Origin: Candidatus Eiseniibacteriota bacterium
GTDB lineage: Bacteria > Eisenbacteria > RBG-16-71-46 > SZUA-252
NCBI GenBank assembly: GCA_963703225.1
Contig: OY969801.1
Location: 1,440,001-1,504,000, forward strand
DNA length: 64,000 nt
Direction: 5' to 3'
Shown here: piece after piece, positions 18,378 to 28,687 of the stretch
Layout of the letters: the number at the start of each line of letters is the position of its first letter
Position numbering within the stretch: the first letter of the stretch is position 1
Position numbers and translations under genes: made by a program
The notes under the pieces: model-generated
What the model was told of the DNA's origin: nothing
The model's input: the letters and a program-made list of their open reading frames with translations, nothing else
The model's database searches: none

Positions 18378-20930
18378 CTAGCCTACGACGACGTTCACCA
18401 GCCGTCCCGGTACGTGGATCACCTGAACGACCTTCTTGCCTTGGGTGAACTTCGCGACCTTGGCGTCCGCCAGGGCGGCGACGCGGACCTCCTCCTGGCC
18501 AGCTCCCGTGGGCAGCTCGATCTGGGAGCGCACCTTCCCGTTGACCTGGACCACGAGGCGCTGGGTCTCGCGGGCGAGCGCGTCCTTCGCGACCGTCGGC
18601 CAGGGCGCCCGGAAGACCGATTCTTTGTGTCCCAGATGCTCCCAGGCACCCTCAGCCGTATGCGGCGCCAGGGGGCCCAGAAGCCGGGTGGCGATATCCA
18701 GAGCCTCGGCCGCCTCCGGGGTGCCCAAGTCGCCGCCCGCGGCCTGGTAATCCTGCACGGCGTTCACCACCTGCATGAGGCCGCTCACGGCCGTGTTCAG
18801 GTGGAGTCGATCCATATCTTCCAGGATTTGCCCGGACAGCTCGTGGATCCTTCGTCTCAGGTCCCGTGCCGGGCCGGAGGGCGCCCATGGTCTTCCGGTC
18901 GATTTGGCGACGTGGGGGCGACCCGCCCCGCTGCTTCCCTGGGCCCCAACAAAATCCTCGACCATCCTCCAGTAGCGCGTCAGGAATCGAAACGCCCCCT
19001 CCACGCCGCGATCGTTCCATTCCGCGTCCTTCTCGGGCGGGCCGATGAAGAGCGTATAGAGGCGCACGGTGTCGGCGCCGTACTTCTTGATCAGGTCGTC
19101 CGGGGCGACCACGTTCCCCTTCGACTTCGACATCTTGTGCCCGTCCTTGCAGATCATCCCCTGCGTGAACAGGCGCTCGAAGGGCTCGGCGAAGGAGACC
19201 AGCCCGAGGTCCTTGAAGACCTTGACGATGAACCGGGAGTAGAGGAGATGGAGGATGGCGTGCTCCACCCCCCCGATGTACTGGTTCACCGGGAGCCATC
19301 GATTCACCGCATCCGATGAAAAGGGAGCGGATTTCAGCTTCGGGTTGAGAAATCGCAGGAAGTACCAGCTCGAGTCCACGAAGGTGTCCATCGTGTCGGT
19401 CTCGCGCCGGGCCTCCCCGCCGCATTGGGGGCATTTCGCCTTCAGGAAAGCCTCGTTCGAAAGGAGCGGCGACTCCCCCGTCGGCTTGAATTCAACCTGC
19501 TCGGGCAGGAGCACCGGCAGCTCCGACTCGGGGACCGGCTGGATGCCGCACCGGGCGCAGGTGACCATCGGAATCGGCGCCCCCCAGTAGCGCTGCCGAG
19601 AGATCAGCCAGTCTCGAAGGCGATAGTGGACCCGGGCCTCCCCGGCCTTCTTCTCGACCAGGGCGCGAATCACCGCGCGCTTCCCCTCGTCGCTCGGGAG
19701 TCCATCGTGCGGCCCCGAGTTCATCATGACCCCGATGCCCTCGTAGGCCGCCTTGCCGTCCCACGCGCCGGCACCGTCCGCGCGCACGACCTCGACAATC
19801 GGCAGCCGGTAGCTCCGCGCGAATTCGAAATCGCGCTGATCGTGCGCCGGGACCGCCATGATGGCGCCCGTTCCGTAGCCCATGAGCACGTAGTTCGCGA
19901 CCCAGACAGGGATCGACGCCCCGGTCAGCGGATGGACCGCCTCGAGTCCCGTCGCGTACCCCTGCTTCTCCAGCTCCACCGCGAAGCGGTTCTCGACCCT
20001 TCGGCGCCGCTCCTTCGCGACGAATGCGGCCGCCTCGCCGGGGAGTTTTCCCTCCTCCATGAGCCGCGACACCAGTGGGTGTTCCGCGGCGAGGACGAGG
20101 AAGGTGGCTCCGTACAGGGTGTCGGGTCGGGTCGTGAAGACTTCGATCGGCTCCGTGCGTCCGCGCACCGGAAACCGGATCGAGGCTCCCTCGCTTCGGC
20201 CGATCCAGTTGGACTGCATGACGCGGACCTTCTCCGGCCAGTGCGTCAGCTGCTCCAGATCGTGGAGCAGCGGCTCGGCGTAGTCGGTGATCTTGAAGAA
20301 CCACTGCTCCAGCTCGCGGGTCACCACCTCCGTGCCGCAACGCTCGCACCGCCCCTCCACGACCTGTTCGTTGGCCAGAACGGTCTTGTCCGAGGGACAC
20401 CAATTGACCGCACTCTTGGCGCGATAGGCGAGGCCCCGCTTGTAGAGCTGGAGGAAGATCCACTGGGTCCAGCGGTAGTACTCGGGAACGCAGGAGGCGA
20501 TCTCGCGGCTCCAGTCGTATCCGAGTCCCCAGGAGATGAGCTGTTCCTTCATCCGGGCGATGTTCTTCTTGGTCCAGGTCGCCGGCGGAATCTTGTTCGC
20601 GATCGCGGCGTTCTCGGCGGGAAGGCCGAAGGCGTCCCAGCCCATGGGCGAAAGGACGTCGTAGCCCTGCATGATCTTCAGGCGGGTCACCACGTCGCCG
20701 AGTATGTAATTCCTTCCGTGACCCACGTGCAGATCGCCGGACGGATACGGGAACATGTTGAGGCAGTAGAAGGGCCTCTTCGCGGACATGGGATCCGCGA
20801 TCTCAAAGAGGCCGATCTCCTGCCAGCGCGCGCGAGCGCGGACCTCCATCGGACGGAACGGGTAGGCGGGCGCCCGCTCCCGCTCCTCGACGGAGTGGTG
20901 CGCGGCGGATCTCTCGCGTGGCTCAGGCAT
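18378..20930 (-). CDS. leuS: Leucine--tRNA ligase
   Basis: MFPYPSGDLHVGH (HIGH), KMSKSKGN, editing domain, QVNGKVR. Confidence 0.97.
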   Translation of the reverse strand: MPEPRERSAAHHSVEERERAPAYPFRPMEVRARARWQEIGLFEIADPMSAKRPFYCLNMFPYPSGDLHVGHGRNYILGDVVTRLKIMQGYDVLSPMGWDAFGLPAENAAIANKIPPATWTKKNIARMKEQLISWGLGYDWSREIASCVPEYYRWTQWIFLQLYKRGLAYRAKSAVNWCPSDKTVLANEQVVEGRCERCGTEVVTRELEQWFFKITDYAEPLLHDLEQLTHWPEKVRVMQSNWIGRSEGASIRFPVRGRTEPIEVFTTRPDTLYGATFLVLAAEHPLVSRLMEEGKLPGEAAAFVAKERRRRVENRFAVELEKQGYATGLEAVHPLTGASIPVWVANYVLMGYGTGAIMAVPAHDQRDFEFARSYRLPIVEVVRADGAGAWDGKAAYEGIGVMMNSGPHDGLPSDEGKRAVIRALVEKKAGEARVHYRLRDWLISRQRYWGAPIPMVTCARCGIQPVPESELPVLLPEQVEFKPTGESPLLSNEAFLKAKCPQCGGEARRETDTMDTFVDSSWYFLRFLNPKLKSAPFSSDAVNRWLPVNQYIGGVEHAILHLLYSRFIVKVFKDLGLVSFAEPFERLFTQGMICKDGHKMSKSKGNVVAPDDLIKKYGADTVRLYTLFIGPPEKDAEWNDRGVEGAFRFLTRYWRMVEDFVGAQGSSGAGRPHVAKSTGRPWAPSGPARDLRRRIHELSGQILEDMDRLHLNTAVSGLMQVVNAVQDYQAAGGDLGTPEAAEALDIATRLLGPLAPHTAEGAWEHLGHKESVFRAPWPTVAKDALARETQRLVVQVNGKVRSQIELPTGAGQEEVRVAALADAKVAKFTQGKKVVQVIHVPGRLVNVVVG

Positions 20931-21885
20931 GGTCGCCTCTCTGGATCTCCCGCTCGACGGTATCTCTCAACTCGCGGTCCCGGATTTCTCCGCGCTTCAT
21001 CGCGAGGTCGGCCCGGTAGACGGCGTGGAGGGCCCGCCGCGCCAGGGCGGGCCGAAGCGGAGTCCCCGGCGAGGAACGTCCGCGTGGGTACCCGTAGGCT
21101 TGGGGCTCGAGGGCGGATAGCGCGCGCTCGGCGATCGCCCAGAGGCAGGCCGTGCCGCCGATTCCCTCGAGGTCGAGCGCGGCCGCCTCGGCGCGCGCCC
21201 TCGCGGCGTCTCCCTCCAGCACCGCCGCCGCCCATCGCGTGGCCGACGCCGATCCCCTGGCGCCCGAAAACGCGTCGAGCGCCGACGCGTCGATCGTTCC
21301 ATCGGGCCTGCGAAGCAGCGCGAGCTTCTCGATCTCCCGGCTCAACGCGAGAAGGCTGGGGGCCCTCATGGCGAGCGCTTCGAGCGCTCCGCTTGGGAGT
21401 CGTAGATCCGCCTCACGCAGCAAGCGCTCGGCCCATCGACGTGTCTCGGCAGGGCCGCCCGCGCAAGCGACCACGGTGGCCCGTTCGGCGAGCGCCGCGA
21501 GGCCCTTCAACTCGCTCACCTCGCGGGCCGTGGTGAGGAGGACGCGAACCCCTTCCCCCTTCCCCAAAGACCAGTCGAGCAAGGCCCCCTCCGCTCCTCG
21601 CTCCATCTTGGACCCTTCTCGGATCCAGATCCGCCTCAGGTCCCCGAACAGGGAAATCGAGCCGAGAGCCTCGGCCAACCCGGCCGCGGAGAGATCGTCC
21701 CCCTCCAGCCGGAGGAACTCGGCTCGCTCCCCTTCCCCGCCGGCGCGAAACGCCGCCAGCGCGCGATCGCGGAGGAACGCATCCGGCCCGGCCGCGATCG
21801 TGAGCGGCGCGATCGCGGCCGCGGGGCCGGACAAGAGACGCTCCGCCTCGGCGGCCGCGACGCGCGAGGGGGGATCGGTCACCAT
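20923..21885 (-). CDS. holA: DNA polymerase III delta subunit-like
   Basis: SLFGDLRRI and REIEKLAL motifs; adjacent to leuS and lptE, a conserved neighbourhood. Confidence 0.6.
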   Translation of the reverse strand: MVTDPPSRVAAAEAERLLSGPAAAIAPLTIAAGPDAFLRDRALAAFRAGGEGERAEFLRLEGDDLSAAGLAEALGSISLFGDLRRIWIREGSKMERGAEGALLDWSLGKGEGVRVLLTTAREVSELKGLAALAERATVVACAGGPAETRRWAERLLREADLRLPSGALEALAMRAPSLLALSREIEKLALLRRPDGTIDASALDAFSGARGSASATRWAAAVLEGDAARARAEAAALDLEGIGGTACLWAIAERALSALEPQAYGYPRGRSSPGTPLRPALARRALHAVYRADLAMKRGEIRDRELRDTVEREIQRGDHA

Positions 21886-22409
21886 CCCTGCACCGTCCGG
21901 CTCACGATCTGGTCGGTGAGCTTCTGGATCACGTCCTTCCTCCCGTCCGATTCGGTCTGGGCCGGCGTCGACCCAACCGGGACCACGCTATAGGTCGTGC
22001 GGACGGTCATCTCGTCCTCTTTCCAGACGTCGCGATTCTTGACCTGATCGCGGAGCACGATCTTGACCGCGAGGATGATCTCATACTGCGTCGCCACTTC
22101 CTGCGACGTGTAAGCGTAGACGCGATTTCGGTAGGCGAGCACGGTTCCCCGGAGGACCGAGTCGGCGTCCCGCTCCCGCTCCAGCCTAAGTCTCCTGTCT
22201 GCGAGGAACCCGTTGATCAGGGACTGGGTGATGTCGTCCGAGAGGCCATGCTCCACCGTGTTGTTCACGAGCGTCGGAATCGCGATCGTCTTGATGTGGG
22301 CGGGAAGGACGCTCGAGACGGTGTATCCGCAACCCGTTCCGGCGACGAGCGCGGCGGCCAGAATCGCCGCCAGCCAGCGGGTGCTATCCGAGGTCGCTCG
22401 TCGCGGCAT
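21879..22409 (-). CDS. lptE: LptE-family lipoprotein
   Basis: Lipobox TGCGY, LPAHIKTIAI, ADSVLRGTV; next to holA and leuS. Confidence 0.75.
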   Translation of the reverse strand: MPRRATSDSTRWLAAILAAALVAGTGCGYTVSSVLPAHIKTIAIPTLVNNTVEHGLSDDITQSLINGFLADRRLRLERERDADSVLRGTVLAYRNRVYAYTSQEVATQYEIILAVKIVLRDQVKNRDVWKEDEMTVRTTYSVVPVGSTPAQTESDGRKDVIQKLTDQIVSRTVQGW

Positions 22410-23815
22410 CGTTGAATCCGTAGAGCTTCATTCGATAGCGGAGCTTGTCGCGCTTCATCTGGAGGAGGGCCGCGGTCTTGCTCTGGTTGCCTCGCGTCCA
22501 ATCGAAGGCGCGCTGGATGGTCTCCCGCTCCACGTCCCCCAACACGGTCTCCAGATCGATTCCTCCCTCGGGAAACTGGCCCGACTCGATGACCGCGCGG
22601 AGCGCGTCGAGGCGGGTGCCGGCCCGCGCCTCTGGCGCGGCGATGGCCGCGTTCAAGTGGACCGCCAGGATTCGGTCCCCTTGATTCAGGAGCACGATCC
22701 GCTCGAAGAGATTCCGAAGCTCCCGGATGTTCCCCGGCCAAGGATACGACAAGAGGATGCGCTCCGCCTCGGGGTCGATGGCTGAGGAAGGACTTGTTGA
22801 AGGTTCGGCTGAATTGCGCCAGGAAGTGGCGGGCGAGCGGGAGAATGTCCTCCCGCCGCTCGCGCAGCGCCGGAACCCGGATCGGAACGACCTTCAGCCG
22901 GTAGTAGAGGTCCTCGCGAAAGCGCTGCTCCCGGACCATCGTTTCGAGGTTCTGATTCGTCGCCGAGATCACCCGGACGCTCACCGTGATGTCCTTGGTC
23001 CCGCCGACGCGCTTGAACGTCATTCGCTCGAGAACCCGGAGGAGCTTGACCTGGATGGTCAGGCTCATCTCTCCGACCTCGTCGAGGAAGAGCGTCCCGC
23101 CGTTCGCGAGCTCCAGAAGTCCCTGCTTCTGCTGGCGCGCGTCGGTGAAGGCGCCCTTTTCGTGGCCAAAGAGCTCCGACTCGAGGAGCTCGCGCGGGAT
23201 GGCGGCGCAATTCACCTCGAGCATCGGCCGGTCCCGTCGCGCCGAGAGGTCGTGGATCCAGTGCGCGATCAGCTCCTTGCCGGTCCCGCTTTCCCCCTCG
23301 ATCAGCACGCTCGTGGAATCGCTGCCCGCCACCTGGTCGACGATGGCGTACACCTTCTGCATCGCCGGGCTCTCGTTCTTGACGAAATCGCGGGAGAACT
23401 TCTGGATCTTCTCCCGGCGATGGTGCTGCACTTCCCGCCCCAGCTGGCGCGCCGCGGTCTCGCGTTCCAGGACCAGGAGGAGCTCGTCGCGAATCGGTTT
23501 TCCCTTCGTGAGGTAGTCGCGGGCGCCGAATCGCATCGCCCGAACGGCCGTCTCGTGGTCCGGCTCGCCCGTGAGCATGATCACGATCGATTCGGGCCAC
23601 TGCTCGCGAATTCGCTGCAGCACGTCGATCCCGCCCAGGTCGGGCAGCCGGATGTCCAGGAGGACGAGGTCGGCCGCCTCCTTCTCCAGCGCCTTGAGCC
23701 CCGCCTGTCCCGAATCGGCGGTCGCGACCTGAAAGCCTTCGGCCTCCAGGTCCCGGGACAGGAAGTACCGGATCGTCTCGTCGTCGTCGATGATGAGAAT
23801 CGAAGCTTTGGCCAT
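22384..23815 (-). CDS. Sigma54-dependent response regulator (REC-AAA+-Fis HTH); frameshift near 22785
   Basis: DDD/LLD receiver, GESGTGKE, ESELFGHEKGAFTDA, FREDLYYRL. YPWPGNIREL and the HTH are in ORF 22384..22752. Confidence 0.9.
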
Positions 23816-23827
23816 GAATCGACGCCC

Positions 23828-25682
23828 TCAGGCGGGGTCCAGAGGAAGCACGATCTGGAACGTGGTGCCATGCCCGGGCGCGCTGCGGACATCGAGGGCG
23901 CCCCGGTGACGCTGCACGATAGCATGCGCGACGAAGAGGCCGAGCCCGGTTCCCTTCGGGCGCGTCGTGATAGAAGGGATCGAAGATCCGGGGGAGGTGC
24001 TCCGCCGCGATTCCCGAGCCGGTGTCCTCGATCTCGATCGAGTGGCCGCCCGCTTCGGTCCGAGCCCGCACCGTGACACGGCCTCCCGCGGGGGTCGCTT
24101 GGACGGCGTTTTGGATCAAGTTCAAGAGCACCTGCTGGAGCTGATCCGCGTCGGCCGTCACCGTGGGCCATCTATCGGCAGCCTCGAGGATGATCGTGAC
24201 CCCGGCCTCCTCGGGCGCCGGTTTCAGGGCCCGCAGCGTTCGGCCGACAATTTCCTGGACCTTGACGCGCGCGAGATGAAGCTCCCGCGGCTTACTCGCG
24301 GTGAAGAGATCCTGGATGATCGTGTTGAGCCGGGTGACCTCCCTGAGAATGAACGACACGCTCTCGTGCCGCTCGTCCCCTTCCGGAAAGCCCCGGCTCA
24401 GGAACTGGACGCCGGTCGCGATTCCCGTCAGGGGGTTTCGAATCTCGTGAGCCACGCTTGAAGCGAAGCGGCCCAGCGCCGCGAGGCGGTCGAGCTGGCG
24501 GATCCGCTCCTCCATGATCCTGAAGCTCGATACGTCGATCAGCGTGGCGAGCGCGCCCCGCACCATCCCCTCCGCGTCCCGGAGCGGCGCCGTCGATACC
24601 TCGACCGGACAGGAGGTGCCATCGGGGCGCGTCACCTGGTGCTCCACGCGCTCCTCGGCAACGCCCCGCTCCAGGCAGCGGATCAACGCGTCGTGCCATG
24701 GGCGCCTGGGAGCCAGCCGCCCCATCGGCTGCGCCTGCGCCTCCTCCCGCGTGATTCCGAGTATCGCCTCGGCCGCCCGATTCCAGGCCAGCACCACGCC
24801 CCGGGCGTCGATCGCGACCACCCCGAGCGGGAGGTTGAGAACGACCTCATCTCTGAAACGCGCCTCGAAGTCGAGGGCCTCCTTGAGCCCCAGGTTGACG
24901 AGGATCGCGCCCAGCGAGGGAACGACCGCCTCGAGGGGGGTCATCCGGTCCGCGGCGCTCTCCCCCTCGACCCCCAAGAGCCCGACGATGTGGCGAAACT
25001 CACACTGACCACAGGCGCGGTGCCCCCCTGCCATGTCCTCGAGGAGTGCCCCCGAGAGGGCGCAGGAGCCGCCTCCGGACAGCGCCCCGGGACAGGGGGG
25101 TATTTCATCGGAAAAGTGGTCGTGAGGCAATTCCCCGCGAATCGGGAGGGGATGCCAGGGCCCGCCCTTGCGGGAGCCGGTCGGTCCGACCCAGAGGGGG
25201 GTCGTTCCCTTCCCCAGCGCGATCCACCGAAGCCAGTCAGGTTGGAGCCACTGGACCGTGACCCGCTCGGGACGAATGCCCAGTGCGGTCGGGTCTCCGG
25301 ACGAGTAGAGCGTGAGGGTCGGCGGGGATCCTTCGATCACCCCGAGCCAGAGGTGGGGCTCGTCGAGGGCCCTCGCGAGGTAGTTGACCAGGATGTGGAA
25401 CGAATGGCCCGGCTCGCCGCCCAGGGCGGCGAATGCCATGAGCTCGCCCAGGCCCCTGAGCTGCATCCGCGTCGCGAGCTCGCGTCGGAAGTTGCCCTCG
25501 AGATCGCGGAGGAGAAGCTCCACGAGCGCTTCGATCGAGAGCGGATCGGGCCCGTCCGGAGAGCCCGGCTCGAGTCCGGAGAGCGGGGGGAGGCCGCAGA
25601 GCGAGCGGATCTCTTCGGCACGACGCCACAGCCGCTCGTAGGCGGCGCGCTGGGTCTGCGTCGTGGGTGTGGGCGCTCTCAC
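23828..25682 (-). CDS. PAS-domain sensor histidine kinase; frameshift near 23970
   Basis: PAS, HEIRNPL, NLIQNA, DTGSGI, FDPF. TTRPKGTGLGL is in the alternate frame ending at 23828. Confidence 0.88.
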
Positions 25683-25791
25683 GGGATTGTGGCGGGTCCC
25701 GCGGCCGCGGCCGCACGCTGGAACTCAAGCCGCGTCGGCCGCGCGCTTCGACCCGCGCGCACGCTAGCACCCGGCCGCAAGGGGGGTCAAG

Positions 25792-25815
25792 AAAAAGGCC
25801 CGCGTGTGGCGGGCC
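25792..25815 (-). terminator. Intrinsic terminator after the sugar transferase
   Basis: Minus strand GGCCCGC-CACAC-GCGGGCC-TTTTT. Confidence 0.7.
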
Positions 25816-25845
25816 CTCCCATTCCTCTGCGATGAGCGGGGCGCC

Positions 25846-26559
25846 TTAGTGGGCTCCCTCGCCCCGCGCCATCACCTTGACGGTCGCGGCCATGATCTTG
25901 AGGTCCAGGAGGAGGCGTCCGTGGCGGACGTAGTAGAGATCGTATTGGAGCTTCCGATTCACCGTCTCGATCGAGGAATCGTAGCGCGACTTGACCTGGG
26001 CCAAACCGGTGATGCCGGGAAGCGCGCTGCAACGCATCGGATAGTCGGGGAGCGACTCCGTGATGGAGGCGACGAACATGGGGCGCTCGGGGCGCGGGCC
26101 GACGATGCTCATCTCCCCCCGAAGTACGTTCCAGAGCTGCGGCGTCTCGTCCAACCGGGTCTTGCGGAGCAGACGCCCGAGCCGTGTCACCCGCGCGTCC
26201 TTCTCCGCCGCCCATACCGGGCCAGTGCTCCGCTCCGCGTCGGCGACCATGCTCCGGAACTTGTAGATCTTGAAGGGGCGGCCAAAGGTGTCGGCTCGCC
26301 TGCGGTCCGTTCCGGACGGCGGCCCGCCGTTTCGGGAGCGACGCCGGTTGAGGCCGATCCGTTCCTGGGTGTAGAAGACCGGTCCCGGGCTATCGAGCTT
26401 GATCAGAACCGCGACGAGGGCGAATACCGGCGAGAAGAGGAGCATGCCGACGGCGGAGAGCACCACGTCGAGGAGCCTCTTGAGGGCCCCCTGGACGCGC
26501 TCCCAGCGCGGCCTTGATGGCGCGCGCCTGGCCGTCAGTTCCGAGGGGAGAATCATCAT
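25846..26559 (-). CDS. Priming sugar transferase (Bac_transf / polyprenyl glycosylphosphotransferase)
   Basis: [54 protein letters not shown]. Confidence 0.92.
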   Translation of the reverse strand: MMILPSELTARRAPSRPRWERVQGALKRLLDVVLSAVGMLLFSPVFALVAVLIKLDSPGPVFYTQERIGLNRRRSRNGGPPSGTDRRRADTFGRPFKIYKFRSMVADAERSTGPVWAAEKDARVTRLGRLLRKTRLDETPQLWNVLRGEMSIVGPRPERPMFVASITESLPDYPMRCSALPGITGLAQVKSRYDSSIETVNRKLQYDLYYVRHGRLLLDLKIMAATVKVMARGEGAH

Positions 26560-26770
26560 GCCGATTGAGCCTTCATCCTAGGTCGTCGCGCCGGTGAGAC
26601 CCGAACGCGTACCGCGGGGCCACCAACGACCCAACGGACGGGCTCAAGTTTGGGCTCAACCCCTCTAGGGCACCGGCACCAGTCGAGGTTGGACGGTGGA
26701 GACAGAAGTGGGCTACTGCAGAGACCTGCGAACGACTCCGCGGATCGGCACGCCCCCCACCAGCAAGAGA

Positions 26771-26799
26771 ATTCTACCAAACCGGCGGCGGCGATTCAA
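26771..26799 (-). promoter_or_regulatory. Sigma70-type promoter (extended -10) for the sugar transferase
   Basis: Minus strand TTGAAT-17 nt-TAGAAT with TGn; implies a ~200-nt leader. Confidence 0.6.
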
Positions 26800-26930
26800 G
26801 CGGCTTGGTAATTCACTGTCGCCGTTTGGTTTATCGATAGCATCGAAGAGGGCGCGGAAGGGGAGGCTTCCAACGCCCTCAGTTCAGTGCAACAGCATGC
26901 AAGGTGGCCCCGATCGGGCGGCCGCTCCAG

Positions 26931-28394
26931 CTACCTCTGGGTCACCTCGACCATCGCTCGGAACGACATGCGCTGGAGGTCGGAGGCCATCTCGTCCGCC
27001 TTCCCTTTCGACTTCATCCGCATGAGCGTGATCACGTATCCGCCGCGCTTCGGGTCCTTGTCGATCCGCGCATCCTTGGTCCGGAATCCGAGGAGATCCA
27101 GCGCCTTGATCTCTGCCTGCGCGCTCTCCTTGGATGAGAAGCCGGGGAGCACGACGGAGTACTCGGACGGCGCCGCGGGTTTCGGCGGAGCTTCGAGGGC
27201 GACCTCCGCTTGCGGCGCTGGCGCGGGCGAGGCCGCGGGCGGCGGCGGGGCCGGAAGGGCCGGCGCGATCGCAACCGCCTTCGGCGTCTCAACCGGAGGC
27301 GGCGCGGGCTTGGGCGCCGCTGCCTTCGGCTCCGCGCGGACGATGGCCGGCGGTCCCGTCGGTGCCGGAGGAGGTGCCGGCTTGGTCGGCTTGGGCTTCT
27401 TCGGCTCCGGCTGCTGCTCGTTGGCGCCGTTCCCAAAGCTGTACCCGAATGAGAGCCGGTGCACGTCGTCGAAATCGTTGCTCGGAGTCATGGCGTAGTC
27501 GACGTTCAGCTGTCTGAAGTTGATCCCGAGACCGTAGGACAACCCGTTTGACGGATCATCCGTGGTCCCGAACTCGTGACGGTACCCCAGGCGCAGGGAG
27601 ATGTTCGGGTGGGCGCGGACCTCGGCGCCGATGCGGACATCGTTGTAGTAGTCGCTCGGCATGTTGTAGTCGGTCGCGAGAAGCACGCGTCCGCTCGCGA
27701 CCTGCCGGCTGGCGCCGAGGCGAATCTGGTGCGGGAGCGGATAGGAGGGCGACCCGCTGAAGGAAAGGCCCGGTCCCAGGTTCTGCGCCACCGCGCCAAA
27801 CGTGGTCCCCTGCCACGAGAACATGGCCCCGAGATCCATGGCGGGTCCCATCGCGGAAACGGTGGCCAGGTTCTGGCGGATCATCTTCACGTTAGCCCCG
27901 ACCGAAACGCCGTGACCCAGAGATCGAGCCAGGCCCGCGGTGAGAGCCATGTCGTACACCTTGAATTCACCGGTTGGGTTGCCAAAGTCATCGACGCCGT
28001 CGATGCTGGGAAGGTGAAAGTAGGCCAGGCTGACCGACCCCACCCCCAGCTTGGGGCTCATCGGCTGCGCATAGCCGATCCACTCGTAGTTCAGGTCCTG
28101 TAGCCAGGTCGCGTGCATCGCGCCGATTTGCCGGCCATCGAGGTTGGCGAGCGCGGCGGGGTTCCAGTACTGGGCCGTGATCCCGGCCGCGGATCCAACC
28201 TGCGCTCCGCCCATGCCGCTGGGTCGGCCGCCGATTTCAAAATCGAGGAAGTTCCCGGCGCTGCTCCCCACCGCGCCGTCCGCGTACGCCGGGCGTACGA
28301 TCACGTACAAGAGGCTCGCCAGGAGGGCGACGGCGATGGCGCCGTGACGGCGACCGCGCTGTGCCCACCTGCGTCCTACGAGTGGCGTAAGCAT
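26931..28394 (-). CDS. PorV/PorQ-family outer-membrane barrel + Pro-rich linker + SPOR-like domain
   Basis: FLDFEIGGRPSGMGGA, YWNPAALA, GANVKMIRQ, LRLGY, VDYA, HRLSFGYSF; PPPAP-rich linker; C-terminal GFSSKESA...A..M...L SPOR-like fold. Confidence 0.75.
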   Translation of the reverse strand: MLTPLVGRRWAQRGRRHGAIAVALLASLLYVIVRPAYADGAVGSSAGNFLDFEIGGRPSGMGGAQVGSAAGITAQYWNPAALANLDGRQIGAMHATWLQDLNYEWIGYAQPMSPKLGVGSVSLAYFHLPSIDGVDDFGNPTGEFKVYDMALTAGLARSLGHGVSVGANVKMIRQNLATVSAMGPAMDLGAMFSWQGTTFGAVAQNLGPGLSFSGSPSYPLPHQIRLGASRQVASGRVLLATDYNMPSDYYNDVRIGAEVRAHPNISLRLGYRHEFGTTDDPSNGLSYGLGINFRQLNVDYAMTPSNDFDDVHRLSFGYSFGNGANEQQPEPKKPKPTKPAPPPAPTGPPAIVRAEPKAAAPKPAPPPVETPKAVAIAPALPAPPPPAASPAPAPQAEVALEAPPKPAAPSEYSVVLPGFSSKESAQAEIKALDLLGFRTKDARIDKDPKRGGYVITLMRMKSKGKADEMASDLQRMSFRAMVEVTQR

Positions 28395-28489
28395 GGTGAT
28401 TTCCCCCTAGACGTCGTCGGAGCCCCCGGTCCGAGCCCCTCAACTTCGCAGATGATTCAGGCCCGCACCTTTGCAGCAGAGGACTGGAC

Positions 28490-28505
28490 TGCACGGAGCG
28501 TGCCA
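28490..28505 (-). promoter_or_regulatory. Sigma54 (-24/-12) promoter upstream of the PorV-like gene
   Basis: Minus strand TGGCACGCTCCGTGCA with canonical GG-N10-GC spacing. Confidence 0.65.
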
Positions 28506-28687
28506 GGGGTCCGTGCTCATTCTGCACGAGGCTTTCGGCTGGAGATGGCTATGGGCCAAACGGGTATGGAGCGCCGAGATGGAGTGGCAAACCGCACGAC
28601 CCGTCGAGCCGGGAGCGCCTGCAATTCGCGAACGATCCGTGGCAACTTGTACTCACGTCGCCGGGAGAAAGGTCCGCAAATGCGGGG

